From contig CAVQKE010000004.1 of NCBI GenBank assembly GCA_963713045.1, forward strand, positions 832,001 through 896,000: a DNA stretch of 64,000 nt. The letters are read 5' to 3'. The notes beneath the pieces were generated by a model. The model did not search any database. It had not been told where the DNA came from and saw nothing but the letters and a program-made list of their open reading frames with translations. The position numbers and the translations under genes are program-made. Of this stretch, positions 43,557-53,435 are shown piece by piece; within the stretch, counting starts at the first letter, position 1; each line of letters begins with the position of its first letter. The stretch is from an uncultured delta proteobacterium. Its GTDB lineage: Bacteria; Myxococcota; Myxococcia; Myxococcales; Myxococcaceae.

Positions 43557-45395
43557 ATGTTTCCCCGCGCCCAGATTCGCAACGTGGCCATCGTCGCCCA
43601 CGTTGACCATGGCAAGACCACCTTGGTGGACCACATGCTCCGTCAGGCGGGGGTGTTCCGCGCCAACGAGACACTGGTCGAGCGGGTGATGGATTCCAAC
43701 GCCCTCGAGCGGGAAAAGGGCATCACCATTCTCGCCAAGAACACCGCCGTCGAATATCGCGGTCACCACATCAACATCGTCGACACGCCAGGCCACGCCG
43801 ACTTTGGCGGGGAGGTGGAACGCGCGCTTCGTCTGGTGGATGGCGTACTTCTCCTGGTCGACGCCGCGGAGGGTCCGCTCCCGCAAACACGCTTCGTCTT
43901 GTCCAAGGCGCTGGCGATGGGACTGCGCACGGTCCTGGTCATCAACAAAATCGACCGCCAGGACGCGCGGCCCCGCGAGGTGCTGGACCAGGTCTACTCC
44001 CTCTACATCGACCTCGGGGCCGAGGAGGAGCAGCTCGACTTCCCAGTGCTCTACGCCGTCGCCCGCCAGGGACAAGCATCGCGTTCACTGGCCGAGCCCG
44101 GGAAAAACTTGGAGCCTCTCTTCGAGGCCATTCTCTCGCACATCCAACCTCCGGCCGTCGGTGAGGGCGAGCGGCTCCAGTTGCTGGTCGCGAATCTCGA
44201 CTACGACGACTACGTCGGCCGACTGGCGGTCGGGCGCGTCCATTCCGGCCGAATCGCTTCCGGGCAGTCCTTGGCCGTGGTGCGCGACGCCGGTCGCTTG
44301 GAGACCGGCAAGGTTCTGAAGCTGTATGGCTTCCAGGGCCTGAAGCGGGTGGAGATTGTGGATGCCGGACCGGGTGAGCTGGTCAGCGTCGCCGGCATCG
44401 AGGCGGTGTCCATTGGAGACACGCTGGCTGACGTCGAGCATCCAGTGGCGCTCCCCCGCATCAGCGTCGACGAGCCGACGATGATGATGGTTTTCCGCGT
44501 CAACGACGGGCCGCTGGCCGGACGCGAGGGCAAGTACGTCACCTCACGAAACCTCCGCGAGCGGCTTTACCGCGAGGCCTACCGCAACGTTTCCATCCGC
44601 GTGGAGGACACGGACACCCCGGACGCCTTCCGGGTGGTGGGCCGGGGCGAATTGCAGCTCGCCGTCATCATCGAAAACATGCGGCGCGAAGGGTATGAGC
44701 TCACCGCCAGCAACCCGGAGCCGTTGGTGAAGGAAGTCAACGGCCAGGTCCATGAGCCGATGGAACTCATGGTGTGCGACGTCCCCGAGACGGCAGTGGG
44801 TGCAGTCACCGAGCGCCTCGGCCCCCGCAAGGGCCGGATGGTCGACATGGGACAGCTCGGCTCTGGCCGAACCCGCCTGCAATTCCGCATCCCAGCCCGC
44901 GGCCTGGTCGGCTTTCGGAGCGAGTTTCTGACCATCACCCGTGGCGAAGGCATCCTCTCCAGTCAATTTGACGGCTATGAGCCTTGGTTTGGTCACATCC
45001 CCAGGCGAAGCAACGGTGCCATCGTCTCGGACCGCTCAGGCGACACCGTTCCCTACGCTCTCTTTTCCATTCAAGAGCGCGGAGCGCTCTTCGTCGGGCC
45101 CGGAGTTTCGGTCTACGAGGGAATGATTATTGGCGAACACGCCCATCCCTCGGACCTCAACGTCAACGCCTGCCGCGAGAAGAAGCTGACCAACGTGCGT
45201 GCCGCTGGACGAGACGACAACGTCATCCTCACAACGCCGAGGGAGATGACGCTTGAGCGCTCACTGGAATGGATTGGGCCCGACGAGCTGGTGGAGGTGA
45301 CGCCGAAGTCCGTCCGCCTGCGCAAGCGCCAGCTCACCAGCGGAGACCGCTACCGAGCCGAACGCGAGCGCAAGCGCGACATCGCCTCCGCCTAA
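43557..45395 (+). CDS. typA: Translational GTPase TypA/BipA
   Basis: [48 protein letters not shown]. Confidence 0.97.
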   Translation: MFPRAQIRNVAIVAHVDHGKTTLVDHMLRQAGVFRANETLVERVMDSNALEREKGITILAKNTAVEYRGHHINIVDTPGHADFGGEVERALRLVDGVLLLVDAAEGPLPQTRFVLSKALAMGLRTVLVINKIDRQDARPREVLDQVYSLYIDLGAEEEQLDFPVLYAVARQGQASRSLAEPGKNLEPLFEAILSHIQPPAVGEGERLQLLVANLDYDDYVGRLAVGRVHSGRIASGQSLAVVRDAGRLETGKVLKLYGFQGLKRVEIVDAGPGELVSVAGIEAVSIGDTLADVEHPVALPRISVDEPTMMMVFRVNDGPLAGREGKYVTSRNLRERLYREAYRNVSIRVEDTDTPDAFRVVGRGELQLAVIIENMRREGYELTASNPEPLVKEVNGQVHEPMELMVCDVPETAVGAVTERLGPRKGRMVDMGQLGSGRTRLQFRIPARGLVGFRSEFLTITRGEGILSSQFDGYEPWFGHIPRRSNGAIVSDRSGDTVPYALFSIQERGALFVGPGVSVYEGMIIGEHAHPSDLNVNACREKKLTNVRAAGRDDNVILTTPREMTLERSLEWIGPDELVEVTPKSVRLRKRQLTSGDRYRAERERKRDIASA

Positions 45396-45435
45396 GAGCC
45401 GCCCCCGGTTGGCACCACCCGGCAGGCTCCTCGAG

Positions 45436-46119
45436 CTACTTTTTGGTTCGGGACCGCGTGTGGGCGGAGCGCATCGCCACCTTCACCGCCGGGTGGACGA
45501 AGACGAGGCCGTCGCCATGGCCCGGTACCGCCCCCTTCACCAGCAGCAGCCCCTTCTCGACGTCGACGTCCACCACCGTCAGGTTCTGCGTGGTGACCTG
45601 CTCGACCCCATAGTGTCCGGGCATCTTCTTGTTCGGGTAGACACGACCTGGAGTCTTGCGCTGACCGATGGCGCCGGGGTGACGTCGGTACTCGTGGGTG
45701 CCGTGGGTCTGACCATACCCGCGGAAGTTCCACCGCCGCATGACGCCCTGGAAGCCGCGCCCCTTGGTGATGCCGGTGACGTCCACCAGCTCCCCCTTGG
45801 CAAAGAGGTCGACTTTCACCGGCTCGCCCACGGTGAAGGCAGCCGCGTCTTCCACCGAGACGCGAAACTCCTTGAGGTGTCGGCGAGGAGTCGTGCCTGC
45901 CTTCTTAAAGGTGCCGAGCTCGGCCCGGCTCAGGCGCTTCTCCTTCACTTCGCCGAATCCGAGGGTCACTGCCGAGTACTTGTCCGTTTCCGGAGTCCGC
46001 TTGCCGACGACGGTACACGAGGACGCGTCGATGACCGTCACCGGGACGAGCTCGCCGTCCTCGGTGAAAACCTGGGTCATTCCCACCTTCTTACCGATGA
46101 GTCCCTTCACGTCCTTCAT
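45436..46119 (-). CDS. rplC: 50S ribosomal protein L3
   Basis: GKKVGMTQVF, PVTVI, VDVTGITKGRGFQGV, TPGRVYPNKKMPGHYG, VKGAVPG. ATG at 46119. Confidence 0.96.
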   Translation of the reverse strand: MKDVKGLIGKKVGMTQVFTEDGELVPVTVIDASSCTVVGKRTPETDKYSAVTLGFGEVKEKRLSRAELGTFKKAGTTPRRHLKEFRVSVEDAAAFTVGEPVKVDLFAKGELVDVTGITKGRGFQGVMRRWNFRGYGQTHGTHEYRRHPGAIGQRKTPGRVYPNKKMPGHYGVEQVTTQNLTVVDVDVEKGLLLVKGAVPGHGDGLVFVHPAVKVAMRSAHTRSRTKK

Positions 46120-46350
46120 CCTCGTCTCTTGTCGCCTGGGGCCCGCGGTGACACCCCCTGGGGGTCCGCGGGAAGCGGCGCAATATGCCAGGGGACGCCC
46201 ATAAATCAAGGCCCTGGACCGCGGGGAGCCCTCAGGCCGGTTTGGATGCGCAGGTTGGACGACATGGCTGGGACTCCCCCCCGGGCCGAAACGACACCGG
46301 GCATGGCGGAGCAGCCGTCCGACGGAACGTTGCTATTGTAGCGGAGTTCC

Positions 46351-47331
46351 GTGAACTCTCCCGTCGTCCCCCTCCCAATGCCGCTGGCCAGCACGGCGGC
46401 CCAGTCGGCGCTGGTTCGCGTCGCCGACGCGCTCTCCGAAGTGGTGGCTGGTAAACGCCAGCAAATTCAATTGGCCCTGACCTGTGTGGTGGCCGGGGGC
46501 CACCTCCTCTTGGAGGACATTCCAGGCGTCGGGAAGACCACTCTGGCCGATGCGCTCGCCCGTGCTTTGGGGCTGACGTTCGCCCGCATCCAATTTACCG
46601 CGGACCTCATGCCCGCCGACGTGACCGGCGTTCAAGTCTTCTCGGCGGCCAACACTGCCTTCCACTTCCGCCCGGGCCCCCTGTTTCGCTCGCTGGTGCT
46701 TGCCGACGAGCTCAACCGCGCACCACCCCGCACCCAGTCGGCACTCCTCGAGGCGATGGGGCACGGCCACGTCACGGTGGACGGCGTGACCCATCCCCTG
46801 CCCCGGCCGTTCCTGGTGGTGGCCACTCAAAATCCGCTCGACCTCTCGGGCACCTACCCGCTTCCTGACGCCCAGCTCGACCGCTTCCTGCTCCGGCTGA
46901 CTCTCGGGCACCCTCCGCCGGCGGTGGAGGCGGCGCTGCTCGCTTCGCGCGGGCTTCGCCACCCGCTGGAGGCCCTGCACCCGGTGCTGGACACCGAGCA
47001 CGTTCTCCGGCTGCAAGCCCGCGCCGCGGAGCTGCACGTGGATGCGGTCGTCGCGCGCTATGCAGTGGCCTTGGTGGGTGCCACCCGACAACATCCGCAG
47101 CTCGAGCGCGGGGCCTCGACTCGGGCCGCGCTCTCGCTGATGGCGGCCGCCAAGGCGCATGCCCTCTGGGAGGGACGGGACTTCGTCACGCCGGGCGATG
47201 TCACCAGCCTGGTGGTACCGGCCTTGGCCCACCGGGTCGCGCTTCGCAGCGGCGCGCAGGGAGCGGCGGCCCGCGAAGAGGCGGCGGAGCTCTTGGCCGA
47301 AGTCGTCCGGTCCACGCCTCCTCCGCGATGA
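46351..47331 (+). CDS. moxR: MoxR-family AAA+ ATPase
   Basis: GHLLLEDIPGVGKT, RIQFTADLMPAD, LADELNRAPPRTQSALLEAM, ATQNP, LPDAQLDRF. Confidence 0.93.
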   Translation: MNSPVVPLPMPLASTAAQSALVRVADALSEVVAGKRQQIQLALTCVVAGGHLLLEDIPGVGKTTLADALARALGLTFARIQFTADLMPADVTGVQVFSAANTAFHFRPGPLFRSLVLADELNRAPPRTQSALLEAMGHGHVTVDGVTHPLPRPFLVVATQNPLDLSGTYPLPDAQLDRFLLRLTLGHPPPAVEAALLASRGLRHPLEALHPVLDTEHVLRLQARAAELHVDAVVARYAVALVGATRQHPQLERGASTRAALSLMAAAKAHALWEGRDFVTPGDVTSLVVPALAHRVALRSGAQGAAAREEAAELLAEVVRSTPPPR

Positions 47332-48278
47332 GGTGGCCGCAGGTGCTGAAGTGGGTGGGCCGCCGGTTCAAGCCGCCGCGTACCCTCCGCATCACGCGCG
47401 CCGGACGCACCCACCTGGTCCTCACCATGGGGATTGGGCTCGGGGCGCTGAATACCGGGAACAATTTGCTTTACCTGGTCCTCGGAGTGCAGCTCGCCAC
47501 CATCGTCGCCTCAGGCATTCTCAGCGAGGCCTGCCTGCGGGGACTGGAGGTTCGCCGGCTGGGGACTGAGGCCGCCTTTGCCGGTGAGCCTTTCTTCTTC
47601 CGCTGGGCCGTGTCACGGCGCCGAGGGAGCTCCTTCGTCCTCACCTTTGCCGAGACTCACCCCGAGCTCGAGGGCTCGGCCGTCCTGGCGCTGCTCCGAC
47701 CGGGCGAGGAGGTGGTAGTCCGGGCCCGACTGGTGGCACCGCATCGCGGTCCCTACGCACTCCGCGGAATTCAGGTGACCACCACTTTCCCGCTGGGGCT
47801 GTTTCGCAAAGGGCGGGTGTTGGACATCCCCGGCGAGCTGTTGGTCTACCCGCGCCGCGTCCCCGCACCGCGGGACGTGCCTCCACCGGACGGAGGTCGA
47901 GGGGAGCACGCCCCGCGCCGCTTTCGCCGGGAGGGCGACGGGGATACGGCTGGGTTGCGGGCGCTGCGCGAGGGCGAAGATGCGCGCCGCGTGCACTGGC
48001 TGAAGAGCGCTCTCGGCGGGCCGCTTCTGCGGGTGGAGCGCGACGCCGAGGAGGTGCGTTCGGTGGTGCTCACGCTGGACGTGGCGGCGCGTGGAGCGGC
48101 CCTGGAGCGCAGCTGTGAGGACGTCGCCGCTCGGGCGCGCGTGCTGCTGGCGAGCGGGGCGTCGGTGGGCCTGGAGGCGGGCCTGGACCGGCTTCGGCCG
48201 GACCAGGGACCCCGCCAGGAACGGCTGCTGCTCGGCGCCGTGGCCCGAGCTGGCTTCCAGGAGTCGGCCCCGAGATGA
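47328..48278 (+). CDS. DUF58-domain protein
   Basis: N-terminal TMs ALNTGNNLLYL, FPLGLF, LLVYP, GEDARRVHWLKSA; ATGA overlap with moxR. Confidence 0.85.
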   Translation: MRWPQVLKWVGRRFKPPRTLRITRAGRTHLVLTMGIGLGALNTGNNLLYLVLGVQLATIVASGILSEACLRGLEVRRLGTEAAFAGEPFFFRWAVSRRRGSSFVLTFAETHPELEGSAVLALLRPGEEVVVRARLVAPHRGPYALRGIQVTTTFPLGLFRKGRVLDIPGELLVYPRRVPAPRDVPPPDGGRGEHAPRRFRREGDGDTAGLRALREGEDARRVHWLKSALGGPLLRVERDAEEVRSVVLTLDVAARGAALERSCEDVAARARVLLASGASVGLEAGLDRLRPDQGPRQERLLLGAVARAGFQESAPR

Positions 48279-50245
48279 CCGAGCGCGGCGTATACCGGCG
48301 ACGCGTCGTTCTCCGGGACTTGGGCGCCGCGTGCGCCTTTCTGGCGATGAGTTTGTCGGGGCAGGTGCCTAGCTGGACGGCCGCACTCTTCGTCGCCGCG
48401 CTGGGCCTGGCTCTCTTGGACGTACGTCCCTTTGCCCAGCATGCGCGCGAGAGCGCGCTGCTTCTGCTCGGTAGCGTCGTCGTGCTGTGGGCCATGGTGG
48501 CCACCGGCCGGATGGACGTGGTGGTGGCCGCCTGCGCCTGTGCCGCCCTGCTCACCTCACAACGGATGCTGTCTGGCCACAACGCCGCGGTCGACCAGCA
48601 GGTGGCCCTCTCTGGACTGCTGATGCTGTCTGGCGGCGCCGCGCTCTCCGCCGACCTCGCCTTTCTGCCCTGTCTCTTCGGCTACACCCTGTGCACCAGC
48701 CTCGCCTTGGCCCTGGGCGAGGTGGAACGGGCCTCCCCGGCGGGAGCTGCCCCCCCGATGTCCCCGGCGGTCCGGGCTGCCTTCGCGTTGACGGCGGTGG
48801 CAATTCTCGGTGGCGCCGTCTTCTTCTTTACCTTTCCGCGACTCTCCTGGAGCCTGGCGCTGCGCCGTAGCAGCAGCTCCTTCGGCGGAGCCGTGGTCGG
48901 GCTGAGCGACCGGGTCCGCCTCGGGGGGAGCGGGGAGTTGAAGTCCAACCCACGCATCGTGCTGCGGGCTGCACTGGAGCCGGACCCGGAGGTGGAGACC
49001 CTCGGTGCGTATTGGGTGGCCTACCACTTCGACACCTTTGATGGCGTGGAGTGGCATGGGCAAGGTCGCCCCGGCCAGCCCAAACAACGCCTGACCCTCA
49101 GCCCGGGCGGCAGCCACCTGCTTTCCCAGCACATTGAATTGCTTCCGGCCTACGGGAGCCGGACGGCGGTTGCCATCGACCACCCGGTGCAGCTCTCGCT
49201 GGCGACGGCCCAATTCCCATCCTACAGCGTGCACACTGGGCTGGTTCCCATGGGCGACGAGTCGGTCCGCTTCGACGCCGCATCCAGCGGCTTCAGCTAC
49301 TACGCCTACAGCGTCTCGAGCAGCCGCCCTGCGGAAAACGACGCCGCCACCCTGAAGCGTCGCCTGCAGCTGCCGCCACACCTCGACCCACGCGTTCCGG
49401 CGCTCGCCCGCGAGGTGGCCGGGACTGCCAGCGATCCGGCCCAGGTGGCTCGACGACTGGAGCAGGGCCTTCAGCGCCGCTACCGCTATACCCTGGACTT
49501 GCCGGGTCCGGTGCAAGACCCGCTGGCTGACTTCCTCTTTCAGCGTCGAGCTGGACACTGCGAGGACTTCGCCACGGCGTTGGCCATCCTCCTGAGGACG
49601 ATGGGAATACCGAGCCGCGTGGTGACCGGCTTCTACGGCGGCGAGCGCGCCGCCAATGAATATGTGGTGCGTGCCGGAGACGCGCACGTCTGGGTGGAGG
49701 CAGACTTGGCCGGCGGTGTCCTGCGGCTGGACGCCACGCCACCCGAGCACCGTTCCGCGGTCAGTTCCGGGATGCTGTCCTGGCTGCTGCGGGCCTACGA
49801 AGGCCTGGAGGTCCGCTGGTTGAACGACGTGGTCGACTACTCCTTCGCCGACCAGGTCACTTTCCTCCGCGGCGTCGGCGCACGACGGGAGCACGTGCAA
49901 CGGCGCTCCGAGCCGATGCCCTGGGGTTGGCTCGGCGGACTCGGCGTCCTGGCGCTGGGGACGCTAGCGGTGGTCCTGCTTTGGCGCCGAAGGCGGGATG
50001 AGGCCCACCGTCTGGGTGAGGACTTGCACCGGCTCGCCTCTCGCGGCGGACTGTTGGCAGCCGAGCGCTGGCTGGAGGAGCTGCCCGCGGGCCCCGGTCA
50101 GGTGCCTGAGCCTTTGAGGCGAGGCGTCGCGCGTTACCTGGAAGCGCGCTTCGGCAACTACCCCCTCCGGCCGGGTGAGCGCCGGGCGCTGGTCGACGCC
50201 GCGCGCGCCTCGCTGCGGCCTCCCCGCGCCTCGGCCAACCCCTAG
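48275..50245 (+). CDS. TgpA-like membrane transglutaminase (DUF3488 plus transglutaminase domain)
   Basis: Multi-TM N-terminus; catalytic triad GHCEDFA, DAHVWVE, LDATP. Confidence 0.9.
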   Translation: MTERGVYRRRVVLRDLGAACAFLAMSLSGQVPSWTAALFVAALGLALLDVRPFAQHARESALLLLGSVVVLWAMVATGRMDVVVAACACAALLTSQRMLSGHNAAVDQQVALSGLLMLSGGAALSADLAFLPCLFGYTLCTSLALALGEVERASPAGAAPPMSPAVRAAFALTAVAILGGAVFFFTFPRLSWSLALRRSSSSFGGAVVGLSDRVRLGGSGELKSNPRIVLRAALEPDPEVETLGAYWVAYHFDTFDGVEWHGQGRPGQPKQRLTLSPGGSHLLSQHIELLPAYGSRTAVAIDHPVQLSLATAQFPSYSVHTGLVPMGDESVRFDAASSGFSYYAYSVSSSRPAENDAATLKRRLQLPPHLDPRVPALAREVAGTASDPAQVARRLEQGLQRRYRYTLDLPGPVQDPLADFLFQRRAGHCEDFATALAILLRTMGIPSRVVTGFYGGERAANEYVVRAGDAHVWVEADLAGGVLRLDATPPEHRSAVSSGMLSWLLRAYEGLEVRWLNDVVDYSFADQVTFLRGVGARREHVQRRSEPMPWGWLGGLGVLALGTLAVVLLWRRRRDEAHRLGEDLHRLASRGGLLAAERWLEELPAGPGQVPEPLRRGVARYLEARFGNYPLRPGERRALVDAARASLRPPRASANP

Positions 50246-50335
50246 GGTGGCGCTGACCCGCTTGCCCTGCGCCGGGCCCAACCGCCCGCGTCGGTTTGGG
50301 CGGCCAGGGGTGGAGCGACTAGACTACCGTCCTGC

Positions 50336-52117
50336 ATGCCCGAAGCGACCCCAGCCGAGGCGCGGCCCCCTGAAGTGGCGGCGCCGCCGGTGGACCCTCT
50401 CGACGATGAGCGCAACCGCCAGCGCCTGGAGGTGGCCAAGGCCTTTGCCTTCCATCTCCTCAAAGGCATCAAGCAGATTGGGATGTACCGACACAACGAG
50501 ACCCGGTACGGCGAGTACTTGCAGAAGTCACACGACGCCGTTCGCGCCTACACCGAGACCTTCGGGCCGCTCACTTTCAAAGTCGACCAGCAGAACTTCC
50601 TGCTGTTGGACCAGGAGTTGTTCCCGGAGGAGACCAACCTCCCGTTTAAGTTCTGGCGAGACGGAATTCGTCAGTTCATCTTCCGACAAGGGCTCCGCCT
50701 CGACGAATTGGTCACCTTCACCCTGGTCGCGCTGTCCGATGTCGATAAACAGGGGGAGGATACCGTCGCTCAGCTGTGGCGGGCCCCGCTCGACCATCTC
50801 GAGTACGTGGTGGTCGAGGGCTTCCATGTCGACGGCTTCGACGACGAGACGGTCAAGGTCGAGGTCGAGAAAATCATCGACTTCCTCTATCTGCGGCTTC
50901 GAAGCCACACCGATGACTTCATGCGGTTTGCCCGTGTGACGGCCTCGGACCTGGACATCAAAATGGAAGGGGTCGAGCAGGTGCGCGGCGCGGTCATCGC
51001 TGGTGAGACGGCCAGCGATGACTTGAAAGTCCGCATGCAGCGGGAAATCGCCGAAGAGGAGAACAGTCGCCTCTTTCCCAAACTGGTGGCGGGCATCTTT
51101 CAAGTGGCCGAAACCGGCGTCGATGACCCGGCGCTCCTCGAGGAGATGTTCCTGCAACTCTTGGACGCCCTGTTGCTGCAGGAGGACTTCGCCACCATCA
51201 ACCAAATCGTCCTCAAGTTCGCCGCGATGGAAGAGCGGCCGAACATGGCCGCGATGCGGGAGTTGAAACAGACCTTCATTGCGAAGATGGGCGAGGAGCA
51301 ACGGCTGACCCGCATCGGCGATGTGCTGCGCGCCGGTCGCCTTCGCTCGCCCCAGGATGTCTCCCGGTACCTTTTGGCGCTGAATCCCTCGGTGGTGCCC
51401 AGCCTGCTCGCGGTACTCGAGACGATCGAGGTCACCGAGCACCGCGTCTTGCTGTGCGACGTGCTGGCGGAGTTTGCACGGTCCCGGCCCGCCGACGTCA
51501 TCGACCGGCTGTCCTCGGAGCGCCCGCAGACGGTGCGGGACATGGTTTACATTTTGGAGCGAGCTCAGGTGCAGGACCGCCTGAAACTGTTCGCCCGGGT
51601 GCTCCGCCATAAGAATCTGGCGGTTCGCCTCGAGGTGATGAACATCATCGCCCGGGGGCGCAGCAACGAGTCGCGGAAGCTCATCGCCCAGGCTCTCAAA
51701 GACGAGAACGTCCAGGTCCGGATGCTCGCCGCGCGGCTGCTCCCGGAATACGACCGCGACCAAGCCTACCTGGAGTTGTTGTTTCATATTCGCCACCGAG
51801 AATTCCGCCGGCGTACCGCTGAGGAGCGGGCAGCCTTCTATACGGCGCTCGGCAGTACCGGCATTCCGGCCGCCGTCTCGTTGATGCAGCAGATGCTGGC
51901 TGCCCGCTCGCGCCTGTGGAACCGGCGCCGCGTCCTCGACGAGAAGCTCCTCGCGGTGCACGGCCTGGCCGGGGTGCTGTCCATCCAGTCCTACAAGGCC
52001 TTGCAGCAGCTGACCGAGGACAACTCTCAGCCTCCCGAAGTGATGTCCACCGCGCGACGAGCCCTGGCCGAAACACGACGCGCCCTGTTCGGCGGCGCGC
52101 CAGCAAAGTCCGCCTGA
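50336..52117 (+). CDS. HEAT-repeat protein
   Basis: HEAT-like units (LKDENVQVRMLAARLL, LRHKNLAVRLEVM); N-terminal KQIGMYRH helix. Confidence 0.8.
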   Translation: MPEATPAEARPPEVAAPPVDPLDDERNRQRLEVAKAFAFHLLKGIKQIGMYRHNETRYGEYLQKSHDAVRAYTETFGPLTFKVDQQNFLLLDQELFPEETNLPFKFWRDGIRQFIFRQGLRLDELVTFTLVALSDVDKQGEDTVAQLWRAPLDHLEYVVVEGFHVDGFDDETVKVEVEKIIDFLYLRLRSHTDDFMRFARVTASDLDIKMEGVEQVRGAVIAGETASDDLKVRMQREIAEEENSRLFPKLVAGIFQVAETGVDDPALLEEMFLQLLDALLLQEDFATINQIVLKFAAMEERPNMAAMRELKQTFIAKMGEEQRLTRIGDVLRAGRLRSPQDVSRYLLALNPSVVPSLLAVLETIEVTEHRVLLCDVLAEFARSRPADVIDRLSSERPQTVRDMVYILERAQVQDRLKLFARVLRHKNLAVRLEVMNIIARGRSNESRKLIAQALKDENVQVRMLAARLLPEYDRDQAYLELLFHIRHREFRRRTAEERAAFYTALGSTGIPAAVSLMQQMLAARSRLWNRRRVLDEKLLAVHGLAGVLSIQSYKALQQLTEDNSQPPEVMSTARRALAETRRALFGGAPAKSA

Positions 52118-52124
52118 GAAGAAC

Positions 52125-53435
52125 GTGGCCGAGAACCTGAAAATCGCCAACGCGCGAACCGACAACCTGGTCGACTTCGGCCGGGAGCATTCGGAGAAGC
52201 TTCAGAACCTATCGCGCTCGGTGCTTTCGACTCTCTACATGCTGGTCCGAAGCGCGAAAATGTACGACCCGGACAACGCCGTCTTCGACCGGCCGCTGAT
52301 GACGCTCCAGGACGGCATCAACGCCATCATCGCGCGCGAGGGCCGCTTCGAGTTGATGGGCATCAAAAACTCCTTTTACGTCAACAGCATGCTGGTGAAG
52401 GTCGACTTCAACGCGGTGGACAACATCCGCTACCTGCTCGACGAACTGCGGGGCAAGGACGTCGGTGGCTTCGAGCTCGGCAAGCAAGTGCAGATTGCCG
52501 AGCTCAAGAATTTCATTTGGATTTTCGCCCAGGACACGGCGGACCCCATCGACGAAGCCGGGCTTGGTGCCCGAAAGCTTGTCGAGATCCGCATTGCTCG
52601 CTGGTCAAAGCTGAAGGAGAAGCTGGACAAGGAAAAGCTCGATGAAGACCAGAAGGTGGACCGGAAGAAATATGCCATCACCGTCTACGCCCGGTCGGTC
52701 TTCTTCATTGGCAAATACATGGAGTCGGTCAGGAAAGGGCACCCGCTCGCCACGCGTGTTGCGGTGCGGCTGGTCCAGGACTTCGTCGACATCTGCTTCG
52801 AGCAATCGGTCCACTTCCTAGGGCTCACCACCATGCGCCGGGAGGAGGAGTACCTGGTCTACCACCAAGTCAACACCTGCCTTCTGGCCATCATTTTTGG
52901 AGCCGAGCTGGGCCTCACCAAGTCCCAGCTACGGGACCTCGGCTTCATCGCCCTCTTTCACGATTCGGGAATGGCAACCATCCCCGAGGGCCTCTCGGAA
53001 AAACACGGGGGCCTCAACGCCGAAGAGCGGGCGCTGGTCAACAAGGCCCCGCTGGTCAGCGTGCGGATGATTCTGATGGAGAAAGGCTTCTCCCGCACCA
53101 CCCTGCACCGGGTGGTGACCACCCTCGAATACAAAACGGATTTCGGGACCGCGGTCCGTGATGCGCGCGGCAACATTCAGATGATTATTCCCAAGTCCTC
53201 CCTCGGCCTCTATGCCAAGGTCATCGCCATCTGCGCCAGCTACGACGCCCTCACCAGCAAGCGGCCCTTTCGCGAGGCCTATGGGCCCGAGGTGGCGCTG
53301 ATGCTGATGTGGTCCGAGCTTCGACACAAATTCGACCCGGACCTACTCAAGGTCTTCATGAAGGTGCTCGCCATCCAACCAGTGAAGATTCTCTCGCGCC
53401 GTCAGCAGGGTCCAATGACGATGGGTGGCGTCTAA
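52125..53435 (+). CDS. Degenerate HD-GYP-domain protein
   Basis: YHQVN, LFHDSG, YDALTSKRPFR and KFDP present; HHE and GYP motifs absent. Confidence 0.8.
   Translation: MAENLKIANARTDNLVDFGREHSEKLQNLSRSVLSTLYMLVRSAKMYDPDNAVFDRPLMTLQDGINAIIAREGRFELMGIKNSFYVNSMLVKVDFNAVDNIRYLLDELRGKDVGGFELGKQVQIAELKNFIWIFAQDTADPIDEAGLGARKLVEIRIARWSKLKEKLDKEKLDEDQKVDRKKYAITVYARSVFFIGKYMESVRKGHPLATRVAVRLVQDFVDICFEQSVHFLGLTTMRREEEYLVYHQVNTCLLAIIFGAELGLTKSQLRDLGFIALFHDSGMATIPEGLSEKHGGLNAEERALVNKAPLVSVRMILMEKGFSRTTLHRVVTTLEYKTDFGTAVRDARGNIQMIIPKSSLGLYAKVIAICASYDALTSKRPFREAYGPEVALMLMWSELRHKFDPDLLKVFMKVLAIQPVKILSRRQQGPMTMGGV

Noticed and set aside
42378..44075. 882-aa ORF suggesting a large N-terminal fusion to the CDF transporter
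   Set aside because: The extension is antisense to the hydrolase and typA; only the last ~320 aa are CDF.
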